64,000 nucleotides of DNA from Vicugna vicugna (taxonomy: Eukaryota). The stretch is from assembly GCA_013265495.1 (NCBI GenBank), contig MU057999.1, positions 806,001-870,000 on the forward strand. Direction: 5' to 3'. The translations under genes and the position numbers were made by a program. The notes beneath the pieces were generated by a model. The model had not been told where the DNA came from. It saw only the letters and a program-made list of their open reading frames with translations, and searched no databases. Below, piece after piece: positions 35,191 to 47,166 of the stretch (positions within the stretch are counted from its first letter, which is position 1; every line of letters begins with the position of its first letter).

Positions 35191-36009
35191 TGTGTGTGTG
35201 TGTAACGGGGCTGGGGTGGGGGTGCGTCTCTAAAATGATGGAGTTGGAGACCTGGAGATGGATGTGCCGCAATTAGGACTTCTTAGGACTGGAAGGGAAC
35301 ATCCCACACATCAACACTCAACTCTGAAGGTGGGGAAACAAGCCACGTTCTGTTCCAAGGAGCAGAAACTGGAAACCTGTGCTAAGAAGAGCAACTGAAG
35401 CAATGAGGACCGACTGGAGAGGAAAGATCCCGGAGGCAGACGTGAGAGTCACAGCAAGGAGGAGGGTCCCTTGTGCAGAGTTTGCACTGAGTCTCTGATT
35501 TGGGCCCTGGCTGTCTTAAAAAGAAACGTCCAAATGTCCTGCCCTGGGAGATAACTGAGCGCTCCATCCTGAGCAGAGGCTGTGCAGCCTCTTGGCAGAA
35601 ATGTTGAGGGGGACTCCAGTACTGAATTTGAAAGGTCCTTTTCAGCCCTTGTGTTATTTAATTCTGAGAGTGTAAGTGGGACCAACTTCACACTCTCCTA
35701 GAAAGGAAAAGCGTTAGATTTCAGATTTTTGGAGGAGAGGGTTCCTTGGCTAGCTTTTAACAGCTGGCCATGAACCCTGAGTTAGCCCTCAAAAAATAAA
35801 GGACACTGTTTCTCTCATGGAGAGGAATTGGAGTTGGGGTGGACCAGGGGGTCACTGCCTGTTCTGAGACTGGACCTTCTCGAGTAACCTCTGGTTACGT
35901 GGAGCCTCTGCGGCTGCTCCCAGCAGGGTGGAGATGCTCAGAGGGCAGGTGTTGCCCGGCCTTGGAAGAGTGGGGCGGAGGTCAAGGGAGAGTAGCTCTT
36001 AGGGTCCTT

Positions 36010-36200
36010 CCTGGTGCTGGGTCCCTCCTGGTGCATTTTATGCATCATCTCATAGCAACTCTATGAATCAGAGACTGTTTCCTCTTGATTTAAGAGGTGA
36101 GGAAATGTAGTGCCCGTGAACTTAAGGGCCATACTGCTGCTAGGTGGTTGGAGGATGGGATCTGAGCCCAGGTCCATCCACTCTAGAGCTGTAAGCACGG
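36010..36200 (-). mobile_element. MIR SINE fragment
   Basis: 'catctcatagcaactctatga...aggtgaggaaatg...gggatctgagcccaggtc'. Confidence 0.65.
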
Positions 36201-37224
36201 TCCGGTGATGACTCCCATTCTGGCCTCGATGCGTCAGGGCCTGCGGCCGTGGTCGGACTCCTGGGCCGTGATGTCTGAATGTCCGAGCAATGTTCAGTGG
36301 CTGAGTCCCACATGTCAGAGGCTGTGGTCCCCCTCGGCATGTCGGAGAGCAGTGGTGGTGTGGAGAAGGCAGGATTTGAATGGTCCTTGTTGGGCAGGGC
36401 ACAGTTGGAAGAATTTTGAGTCCATGAGCAATCACAATTCTATTACTTCCTGAAGCCTCAAAGAAGCCTTTTGTATGCATATGCTTATTATAAATAAATG
36501 AGCGTAAGCTTTCTTTTAACCCTGAAAACACATGCTTGAAGCCACAGCTGCTCAGATGCCGTTCCTGGGGATTCAGAAGTTCATTTGATCAGAAGGTGGT
36601 CTGTTCTTGCCAGAGAAGACGGTGGGTTCTAATTAGCTGGGGTTCAAAGACTGAGTGAGCTTTGGACACCATTCTGTTAGTTAAACAAAATATCAAAAAA
36701 TCAGCATAAACAAGCATCAGGATACGAGTTAATAATACCATTTTCTTTCAAAAGATCTCAATGACCCAGACCATATTTCCTTTGGCTAATTTGAATCTTT
36801 GTATTTTAAGAGGCCAAGGTACTGGGGCATTGGAATAATATAAATGAGTTTCCTCCACTGTGTTGGTTGAACTGTGCCGTACCCACACCTGACACGTGCG
36901 AGCACAAGGGAGGTGCTGGACCAATGAATAGAAACTGAGCGATCCATCTATTTAGACCTGATCTTTGGAATTGCATTCAGTCAGTCAACATGCGTTTATT
37001 GAGTACTTAAGTAAATAAAGGCACCCTGGACTTGCCATCAGCCCTTGGCGGAAACACAAGGAGCGGATGCAGTGATTCCCATACTGCAGGTCTAAGAGGA
37101 TGGCTTTGTTAGAAATTCCCTGAATATTAAAGAAAAAGGTTTGGATTCTGTTGGTGCAGAGTTCTCTCTGCTTTTTGAGAAGGTTTTGATAAGGAGGGAC
37201 AATGAAGATGTGAAAAAAGATCCA

Positions 37225-37385
37225 AGAACACCCAGAGATGGACATCTGAGATGAGAAATACACTGGGTTGAACTGAAGGAAGATGAGGCACTGCAGGAAG
37301 GTTGAGTGAACTCAAGGACATAGTCCAAAAGGAGACACAGAGGTATGGATGGCTGAAGGGTGATACAAACCATCAGTGAACTGTC
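37225..37385 (+). mobile_element. old L1 ORF1 (coiled-coil) fragment
   Basis: 'tctgagatgagaaatacactgg...cactgcaggaagg...agtgaactcaaggacatag...catcagtgaactgt'. Confidence 0.6.
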
Positions 37386-37527
37386 CGCATTAAAAACAAC
37401 AACAAAATAGTACCATGTGTAACGGCAGGAAATATAAACAGCAAAAAAAGTGCAGAATGAAAGTGATAGCCTCTTTCCCCAGTGTGCACCCCCCTGTCTT
37501 CCCCAGTGATAGTCACTGGTAACAGCG

Positions 37528-37566
37528 TCTTCCCTCCTTCTTTCCCTCCCTCCCTCCCTCCTTCTC

Positions 37567-37634
<68 letters not shown>

Positions 37635-37712
37635 TTTTTTTTTTTTTTTTTTTTTTTCTTTTTTTCTTTTTTTTAAAAAATTCCTTCCTTCCTTCCTTCC
37701 TTCCTTCCTTCC
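37528..37712. repeat. compound (TCCC)/(TTTC)n/poly-T/(TTCC)n microsatellite
   Basis: Pure pyrimidine run 37528-37674, then A6, then (TTCC)n. Abuts a reverse L1 3' end, so likely derived from its poly-A tail. Confidence 0.95.
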
Positions 37713-37800
37713 ATTGAAGTACAGTCAGTTACAATGTGTCTTTCTTTAATGTACAGCACAATATCCCAGTCATGCATACACATACATACATTCATTTTCG
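37713..37800 (-). mobile_element. very short young L1 3' end (camelid type)
   Basis: 'attgaagtacagtcagttacaatgtgtc...tgtacagcacaat...cagtcatgcatacacatac', same family as 353-542. Confidence 0.75.
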
Positions 37801-38432
37801 TTTTGGTGAGTTTCTTGCGATTCCTTTCAGAAAAGCAAATATGCCCATAGCCACCTCTTTGTATTCATAGATCTGAGAAGCAGCTCCATGTTCGAGGACA
37901 TTGAACCAGCAGACGACAGTCAGATCATCTTCTCCAGTTCTGTGCCTCCAGGACTCCCTAACCAAACTTCCTTATGTGTGCCCTCCAAGGAATTTTGCAG
38001 AACATAACTGACAGTGTGAGAAAGACAGGTTCTGTGGCTTAGAAAGTTTGGGAAAGCTTGGGGACAATGAAGTCAAGGGAGGGGACAGAGCTATTGCTGA
38101 CTTGGCTGAGCTTCAGACTCCTGGTGAAGGAGAGAGAGTGGTGTTTCCCAGTCTTGGATCCAGGAACTCATTCAAGGAAGTGGGTGTGTTATTACTACCA
38201 GGGTGCTTCCAGAGTCTCTCGGGGGACCCTGCTCTGCCAACAAATGGGATACAGTGGCTTGACTGGAAACAGAACTGAATCTCCAGCGTGGTTGTGTGTG
38301 GGTGGCGTGAGAGAGACAAAGTCACCCAGCTTGCAAGTGATGCTCCTTTCCAATCGGTGAGGCCACCGGAGAGGAAATTGGGAAATGGGGAGATAATTAG
38401 AGATACAGACTCCTGGGGCAACAGACCCAGGT

Positions 38433-38961
38433 TAACAGTTATCCATTGCTGCATAGGAACCGCCACCCCCCCAACTATAATGGCTTAGGACACCAACAGC
38501 AAATGACTTCTCATAATTCTGAGCACTGGCTGTGTCATTTCTCCTCTGGTGTCACCTGGGCTCACTCCTGAAGCTGCATTTAGCTGGAGGGTGGGGGCTG
38601 TAAAGTTGCATCACTCTTGTGCCTGGCAGTTGGTGCCAGCTGTTGGCTGGGGACCTTGTTCTCCTCCATGGGGTCTCTCATCTTCCAGGAGGTGCCACTG
38701 GGCTTCTTCATGGCACGGTGGGCTCCATCCAGGCAGAGGACAGGAGTGGAAGTTGTCAGGCCTCCTAAGCTGCATAATTCACACATCACTTCCGCTGATG
38801 CTGTCGGTCGCAGCAAATTGCAGGGACAGCCCAACTTCAAGGAGGCTGAGAAACAGACCATCTATTGAGGGAAGGAATGGCAAAGTCACATTATAAGAGG
38901 CATAGACTCTTATGAGAGGGAGGCTAGATTGAGTGGGAGCTGTTATTGTAACCATCCACCA
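38433..38961. mobile_element. MaLR (MLT1-like) LTR, near full length
   Basis: 'ttatccattgctgcata...tggcttag...ctggcagttggtgccagctgttggctgggg...catcacttcc...gggaaggaatggcaaagtcacatt...ccacca'. Confidence 0.78.
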
Positions 38962-39934
38962 TGTGGGTTTGGGACAAAGGGCAGCCAGAAAGAGAATGAC
39001 ATTTGCACAGGAAAAAATAGAAAGTATTTATTTTCATTTACATCTTTTGGTGTTAGCTCAAAGGCTACCAAAACAGCTTGTTATAAATCTGAATGATGCA
39101 AAGAAGTTGTTTCAGGAGTGATGACGGAGGAAAATAAAGTTTCTGTGGTTTTAACTCTGCAGGATGACCCATTTGGTAAATTAATGAAAGGCTGAGGATG
39201 AACGAGACTATGTCCGTGAAGCGCTTCGAGCTCCCTGTGCAGAGAGGGCTGTATCAGTGTTGGAGGAGTTATCAGACAGCTGTCAGGATGCCGCTGGACA
39301 GAGGGCAGGTCGTATTTTTCACATGGAAGGGTTGGCTTCTGACTTTCAGGGGCCTCCCTGCCTGGATTTGTGTCGACTGTTTCATCCACTCCTCTTGGTA
39401 AAGAGTGGAGTGAAAACTTTTCCAAGGAAAGGATTTTGCGCTGGGGGAGGACTTGAGCTCCTTTCGCTGGGAGCACTGGGTGAAGGGTCCTGTGGAAGGT
39501 TCCCACCTCCAGCGCATCCTTGAGGACGGCCCTTCCCTAAGGGCAGCCTGAGCATGGCCACTCAGGGCAACTGAGGCTGGCTCAGCATGGGCAATCCTGT
39601 CTGTGTTGGGGAAGGAATGCCCCCTGAGAGGCAGCATCTGTGCTTGCACACAGGGGCAACCAGCCAGACCACGGGGGGCCTTCCCGTGACTGGGCCAGAC
39701 ATGGCCTGATGCGCAGGTCACTGACGCTGGGACTAGGCCAGTCTCAGTTCCACACCGACCCGGGAGGTGTCATCAGTGGGCCCCACCCCGTGAGGGAGAG
39801 GGATCCTCTAGGGTCCCTCGGCCTTCGGTGAAAGCATTCTATGGGCTGGTGCCTTCTAGGAAAAGATACCCCTCTTTTCTGGAAGTAAAGTGTATCCTCC
39901 TGGAGATGTCCATCTTACCCACATGTAATTTAGC

Positions 39935-40385
39935 TTATTCATTAACATCCCGGGCACAGTGCTGGGAATGGAGACACCCCAGTGAACAAAGCAGATAAAA
40001 TCTCTTCTCTCTTAGAGCTTCCGAGAGTGTTCTAGAAGGGGAGGGAGGCCAATGCAGAGGTTCTGAGGGGAGGAGTGTGGCAGATTCCAGTAGCAGAGAG
40101 AAGGTTTGCTCAGGAGTGGAGACTGAGTTTAGGGCCTGAATGCTCAAGAGGTGGGCCAAGGTAAACTCCTTAAGAGCCATTTATAGGTCCTGCTGAGGAA
40201 TTTAGATTTTCTGCTGAGTGCAGTTGGGTGCTGTGGAAGAGATTTAAGCAGGAGGGTGAATGGATGTTATCTGTATGTTTAAAAGATCCTTTGAGCTGTT
40301 GAGTAGGGAAAACAGAGAGGAATCTGTGGGGAGGGGACCAGATGCAGGAGGCCGGGCCTCAGGAGATGGTGGCCTGGGCTGGGGG
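39935..40385 (-). mobile_element. L2 LINE fragment
   Basis: 'aggaatttagattttct...gagtgcagttggg...ttaagcaggag...tgtttaaaagatc'. Confidence 0.7.
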
Positions 40386-40639
40386 ATTATGAGCAAGCAT
40401 GTATTTTTGGGTAGACTGCAAATTCTGCCTTCGTTGCGACAATACAGCTTGAGTCATCAATGAAGTGTTTGCCCCCATGGGGCCACTTTGGACTATGGGC
40501 CCAGACTCCCAGTTCCCTTGTTCACCACTGTCCTATCACAGGGGATTCTTGGGTGAAAAACTATGCGAAGCACTACCACACAGAAACTTGTGTTAGAACA
40601 AGCAGGTAGCCCCTTGGAAAAAGAAAAGGAGGGTTATTT

Positions 40640-42350
40640 CGAAACTTTGTGTTTTATTCCATTCATCTACCTCTTTCGGTGCCAGAACCGCACTGTTTTG
40701 ACCGGCTGTGGCATGACAGTGTGTTTTAATATCTGGTATGACTGTTGCCTCTTCTTCTTTTGTTGAAGTTTTCCTGGCTACTCTTGCTTGTTTTACTTGC
40801 ACTAAAATGTTTTGAAAATGTTTCAGATCTAGACAGAGTTTAAAGAATAATGCAACACTTTAAAAAAAAGAAAGAAGGATGTGTTGTAGACATTGATCGA
40901 CCTGCGACTCAGCTTCTGAAATATCTTCCAATTTCCTCTACAAATGTGGAGGAAACCCCATCCATCTCATCTCAGTCCCTGCCCTGCCTCCCACCAGGGT
41001 GCCCACTGAAGCTGGTGGGTTTTTTTTGGCGTCCATGAATTGTATTCACTTTTAATGCCTGTGTACGTGGGCCTAAACAAAACAGTAACCTAGATGTTTC
41101 TAAATTTTGTACAAACAGTATTCTACTGTATGTGTCCTGCTGAACCTTGTTCTTTTCCCCCGAACTCAACGTTATGTTTGAGAGATTCTTCCAAGTTGAG
41201 ACAACGTGCTCGCGCCCATTGTCGCCGCAGCTGTGCGGTGTTTTGCTGTCTGAAAATACCAATTTATTCATTTACCTGGTGATGGGTACTTAGCTTGTAT
41301 ATAATTTTCTACCATTATAAACAGTACTTCTATGGACATTTCTAAGAATTTCTCCTTGGGTCTTTTGGTTCTATACCGAGGAACGGCATATCCTGTTCAT
41401 AGGACATCCACTTGTTCAGGCCTCCTAGACCGAGTCAAATTGCCCTTTGACGTGTGTATATCTGATTGTTTTCCTGTTTTAATTTTAGAATTAGCTCCAC
41501 TATTTCTAAATGAGCATATAAATAAATAACAAGTTCATTAGATTAAATGTATAGATTAATTCAGGAGTACTTAACATTTTATGATATTTAGAATTCATTT
41601 CCAAGAGCATAAAACTTGTATTTTTTCTTAGTAAGCATATCCAGGGATTTTGTCCTTTTTGTTACTATTATAAATGAGGGTTTTCTCTCCCATTGTGCCT
41701 ACCAGTTGGTTGTTGGTAAATATAAAATCCATTGCTTTCTAGATATCACTTTGGTGACCTGTCCTCTTTCTTACCATTAAGAATAGATTGCAAGTTGGTT
41801 GTCTTACGCTTGCCAGACATACAGTCATCTTATCTACTAATGTGGACCATGTTTGTCGCCTCCTTTCTCCTTAATACAACTAATTTCCTTTACAATAGTC
41901 CTATAATTGTTGCGCCTTCTGCTCCACGACACTGCTAACATGGTAAATTGGGACATTTTTGCCTTATCGCTAATTATTATGGGGAAAATCTGGTGTTTTT
42001 CCATTAAGTATTGAGAAAGATATATATCATCATGGCAGAAAATACCCACCTGTCTCTATTTTATTATGAGTATTTTGAACATCCGGAGTGAGTGTTGAGT
42101 ATTTATTGCTTCTTCAGGGCCCACTGAGATGCTTAGATGATGTTTGGATCTAGGACCCTGGTAAGATTGTATTATGGAGTCTCTCATATTGAACCACTCT
42201 TGCTTTGTAGTGAACCCCGCTTGGTCCTTCAGAGTGTGGCTGGGTTCTCGGCTAGTACTTTATTAGCACTGATGTTCTCAAGCAGATTGGATCTCAGAAG
42301 CCTGTCTGGGTGCTGGGGATTAGAGTCCCTGTTACAGCCTCAATACTTGT
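40640..42350 (-). mobile_element. cluster of old L1 (L1M) ORF2/3'UTR fragments
   Basis: 'gccagaaccgcactgttttg', 'ttatgtttgagagattc', 'tagattaattcaggagtacttaacattttatgatatt', 'atattgaacca'. Confidence 0.7.
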
Positions 42351-43729
42351 ACGAAGAGCCAGTTCTCATGATTCTTTGGGTCCCCAAATGTTCTACAGAA
42401 CTTCGGCCTTCGAGAGACGAGCTGCATAAAATCTTGTCACAGAGGATGGCATCTCAGGAAAGGGGGGTCTGTTCAGAGTCCCTGGCCGTGGATCCTCTCT
42501 CAGCCTTCTCTCTGCTCTGTTCACTGCTTCCGTAAAAGCACTTTGCAGCTTTCCAAGCAGGTTCTTTTCTTTTCTTTTTTTTTCTTTTCTTTTTCAGAGT
42601 TGATAATGGAGACTTTTGGATCCGGGAGTATATTTTTCCAGAGAAAGGATATTTTAAGTGGTAACTGAACTACTGCTTCTTCCTGGCCTTGAAGCCCCTT
42701 TACTGTTTAGCGTCCCTACCAGGGCTGTGGGGGTGGCAGTCCCAGCCACAGCTGCTCACCAGTTGTCGCAGTCTTGTGACAGGAACCTGGGCTGTGTTCC
42801 ATGCTGGGATCCTCCCCGGAAGCCCTCCCTCTGTAACCGTGGCCAAGCAAGAGCGTCCGTCTTCACCTTCAGAAGGGCAGTTGCCCCTGGCGGACGCGGA
42901 GGCTGCGCTGCCTGCTTTCGGCAGGAGTACCAGGAACAGGTTAACTCTGTTTGAAGAAGAGGCCCCCTCTCTATTTGCATGAGAAAAGAGAACTCGGTGC
43001 GTTTGCCCAGGAGAAAGTAACTGCCCATCAATCACTCCCTAGGTGACCCCTTGGGAGAACAAAGGGCAGTTGGTGTTTTTAAGTCAAGGGTTTGCAAGTT
43101 GGGGGTGACCGGCAAATGAGATCTCTCCTGGTAGGGTGCTTTTCTCTTTCTTTTTCTTCCTGATGGACAAATTAAGCTCCATTTTTATTTCCTTCTGACT
43201 CCAGGCCTCTCTGTAGGTCTCGTTTCCCTGACTTTCCCTCTCCCCTTCTTTTTTATTCTCACTTTCTCCAATTGGCTGCCACCCGTCTCTGCCCTCCCTG
43301 CCTCCCTCCCTCCATCCTATCTCTTGGTGTGTAATTTGTTTGCAGTCAGGTTGTCTCTTTGATTTACTGGGCTTCTTCTCAGCAAAATTATAATAAATGG
43401 ATTGCTTTGCTGAGCCCCGGCTGGTTCTCCACCACCAGCGTGGCCTGGGTCAAGCCCCTTGCCAACAGAGGATGCCTGCAGCCTGCACATGCTCACACAC
43501 CCCATATCAGCCCTCTGCATCTTTTTCTGGCCAGATAGAATGAAAAAATCTCAAGTCATGCATCTGAGAACCAGTTAAGCTGCAGGAACACAGGAAGAGA
43601 TGTCCCCAGGACGGTCCACCTCCCCATAGCGTGGTCCTGGGTGCCTGTGGTCTCAGGGGGCTGAGAGACTGTCCTGATTACAGACTTCATCAGTCGTGTA
43701 ATTAGCTAGTGGAGGCCTGTAAAACCTTT

Positions 43730-44320
43730 GTTGTTTGCACCTAGGATACACATAAAGAGCGTAAACCTACACAGTGCTCACCAAAACGAGGCATGAACGC
43801 ATCTGATCACGGGTTGCTCAGCCTCAAACACTTCAGCGGTTTCCCCTGGCACTGAGAATACAGTAGAAAAACAAGCCCACAAACCATCAGTCTGAACAAA
43901 GAGCATCCTAATGGGGCCCATGAGGCCCAGCCTGCCGTGTCTCCCCCTCAACTCTCTCTAGTGCAGGCGAACCCTCCCCCCGACTCCTCCTCCCAACACA
44001 TGCATTTGCTCTGCCTGATGCGTCCTGACAGCCCCTCTCTTCCATCAGGCCGCTTCGACTCATCCTCTCGGCTCAGTCTCAGGGCTGCTTCTCCCAGGAA
44101 ATGTTTCTATCCCCTAGTTCCTGTGTTGGGCGAAGTCCCCTCATCTCCACACAGGGCGTCGTCCTCCGTGTCACTTAGAGCAAAGGTCATAGCATGAGTA
44201 TTTGGGCCACTCCTTGCGGGTTGTCTGTCTGTCCCCCTGACCATAGGCTGCTTGGGGGCTGGACTCCTGTTACGTTTCAAGCTTTATCTGCAGACCAGAT
44301 AGGCACTCCTTCCTAAGTAT
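43730..44320 (+). mobile_element. degenerate L2 fragment
   Basis: 'atctgatcac...ttcccctggcactgagaata', 'tgtctgtctgtccccctgacc...tgcttgggggc'. Confidence 0.55.
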
Positions 44321-44339
44321 CTGTAGACTTAACTGAGAA

Positions 44340-44400
44340 ATGAAGAAAGGAAGGAAGGAAAGGAAAGGGGAGGAGAGGAGAGGAGAGGAGAGGAGAGAGG
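44340..44400. repeat. (GAAG)n/(GAGAG)n purine repeat
   Basis: aaggaaggaaggaaaggaaaggggaggagaggagaggagaggagaggagagagg seen directly. Confidence 0.9.
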
Positions 44401-46949
44401 GCGGGCGGACCAAGAGCAACAGCATCTTTCTTCACTGGGCTGTTGGAAGCTGTTTGCGTTGAAGGGTGCAGTTCCCTTGATTTGCTTCCTCTGATTCCCA
44501 CCCTCACCCCACCCTCCCTTATTCCTGGGCTTTCTGAGTTGAGCCCCCACCCAAGCCTCAAGGAGAAGGGACTAAGCTTCCTCCAGCCTGGGCCTCCCTC
44601 AGCCAGTGCCCAAGAGTCTCAGTCTGTGTTTGGTGAACTGGTTGGTAATTTCACCCCGAGGTGTCCCTGCCTGGGGCCGTCCCTGGTCACCACGTCCCAG
44701 CTGGGCGAGGTGTGGCTTGTGGAGGGAGCCATGGGCTGTTGGCGAGGTCTCAGCTCTGGGGAGACAGGAATTGCTGCGCTGCCTGGAGGCCACACTCCCG
44801 GGATCAGTTTCCTCATCCGAGGTCCCTTCTGTTAATATGGTTTGAACTTTCTGGAGCAGAAATGCCAAGACTGAAGGTTCAGCCTGGAAGTTTCCCAAGA
44901 GGTCATCTAAACCACCCACAAGCCTCCAGGAAGGGCAGCATTTCCTCTCTCAAGTCCGTGTTTTCTGTATTGTCCTCTCCCTATTAAGACCAGTATTGTT
45001 GGTCTGGGTCTTCCCTTGGGTTCCAGCAGATGAAATAAAGGTCTGGAAGAATGATGGGGGAGTTCTGTTTGGAGCAAGGATTCCGGTGACAGACTAACCA
45101 GCTTCTGTTCCCAGACTTGCCGCCGTGGGCTCTTCGAGACTCATGCCTTAGTTCAGCATTTCAGAACCTACCAGTCACAGAAGGTCCATTTCTCCTGCCA
45201 TCTCCCGCGGTCACCTCCCATCTGCAGACGTACGTTGACAAGCCAGATGCTTTGTCCCCTTCTGATGGTTTTATTCCCTTAACTAGTATTCTTCCCTCTA
45301 GTTTTTCATTTTCTCTTTGTCTCTGGGAATGAGGAACCGTGGCTGTTAGGCAAGAGCCTCTCTTTCCCTTGTTTGAGTTCAGTAAATCTCCAGCATCTGT
45401 AAAGAGTGACACCCTCCAGCCTTGGGCTTCTGCAGGGAAACTGGCTTTTCGCTCCTTAACGCATAGCCAGGTCTGCTTTAATACTCGCCCCCCTCTCTTC
45501 TGGAGATTTGCAGCTTACAAGGTGTTACTTAAAAGAAACTAATGGAAACTAGAAGCTGCATTGGCAGAGCCCTAATGCCCTCTGCTTGCCCCTGTTCCCT
45601 CCTTGTGGCCCTGTGGGGCTGCCTTGCTTTTTCCTGCTGGATTTGGCCCCCAGGAATTGACATCCACAGAGATCAAAACTACCTTTATCTTGTCTTCTCA
45701 CCCCGCATTTGGTGGCTCGCTGGATGCCCGGTGAATTAAACATTTTGCCCAGTGGCGGAGAATCGGGGTCCAGATGGATGCAGGAGAGGTCTGGGTGCCC
45801 AGTGCCGAAGGGATGTGTTGGAGAGTGAGGGCCTGTCCTTCCTTCTGTGATCACACATGGGCAGAGGGTGGGCTGGAAGGGAATAATCTCTTACTGTTAC
45901 CAATGCATTTTTTCCACAAAGAGAATAAGAAAGCCTCAGCTTTGATGTGGAAATTTTCTAGGCTTAGAAGAAGCTGAAAAGTAAAATATGATGCTGGGAC
46001 CTTTTTTGTGCAGATGCAGAATCTGAAAACATGCACTTTTCCCATTCAACATGCTCACATATCTTTCTAGTACCCTTGTAAGCAAAAGTGAATTCGCCGT
46101 TTGTAAGCCCTGAGAGGAAGAGCCACCGAATGTTAAGAAGGGCAGCTTAAGTTTCTGTTCAGGCCTAAACTGCTAGAGAAGGTGGGCTGATAACAGAAAA
46201 GCACTCCGGGTTTATCTTCTACGTGTGAAGCTGATGGGCAGAGGAGGGGATGTGGGTACAGTTCAGACCCCAAATGACAGGTGCACAGGTCCCTCCGTAA
46301 GGTCGCCCTCTGCCTCTCTCTTTTGATCTCAATTTCTGCAGCCTTTACCAGCCATCTTCGGGATCGGCAAATAAACCAGCCTTGAGAATGAGGTAAGAGC
46401 TGGGGAGAAGGAAGGAGCTAGAACCTTCTCTTTGACACCTTCTCCGGATTTCTTCCATGTGGTCAGTGACAGGGAATTGCAGCCTTTCTGGGATCTTTCT
46501 GGGTTCATCACTGAGGAGGCTCTAAATAGCTGCATTTGAATGACTCACCAGGTCAAGTATACAGCCTGCAGAGGCCAGGGAAGAAGCTGTGAGACGCCCT
46601 GCAGAGCATCTGGACCTCAAAGGGTCTTCCACGCAGAAGTCATCTCAGGGTTGCTGAGTCTGGGTTTGATTTGCATCTGCTGGGTGCTGAGCTTCCTCTC
46701 CAACCAGTTCTCTTCAGTCCTGGCACCCTCCCTTCCAGAGCCTGGTCCATGGATGCGAGTTGTCCTGTCAGTAAAGGGAGACACTCATAGAACCTAGCTC
46801 AAAACCACTGAGGACCAGCAAAGGTGCTGAGACCACACTTGGTACATCATAAGCATCCAATGACAGATGTTGTGGTGGATATTACTGTGATGACGATGAT
46901 GACAGACATTATTTCTGCCCTCACTGACACGCCACAGTGCACCTTCCTT

Positions 46950-47166
46950 TTCTTTTTTTTAATTAAAGTGCAGTCAGTTGCAATATGTCAATTTCCCATG
47001 CACAGCACAGTCTCCCAGTCATACACATATATACATATAGTCTCTTTCGTATTCTTTTTCACTAAAGGTTATTACAAGATACTGGATACAGTTCCTTGTG
47101 CTATACAGAAGAAATTTGGTTTTAATCTATTTTAATATATGGTGGTTAATATCTGAGTTCGAGATT
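46950..47166 (-). mobile_element. 5'-truncated young L1 3' end (camelid type)
   Basis: Same family as 353-542. About 12-bp TSD tgcacctt(c/t)ctt at 46938-46949 and 47167-47178. Confidence 0.87.

Noticed and set aside
37482..37676. Phe/Ser/Leu-rich 'membrane' ORF
   Set aside because: Translation of a pyrimidine microsatellite
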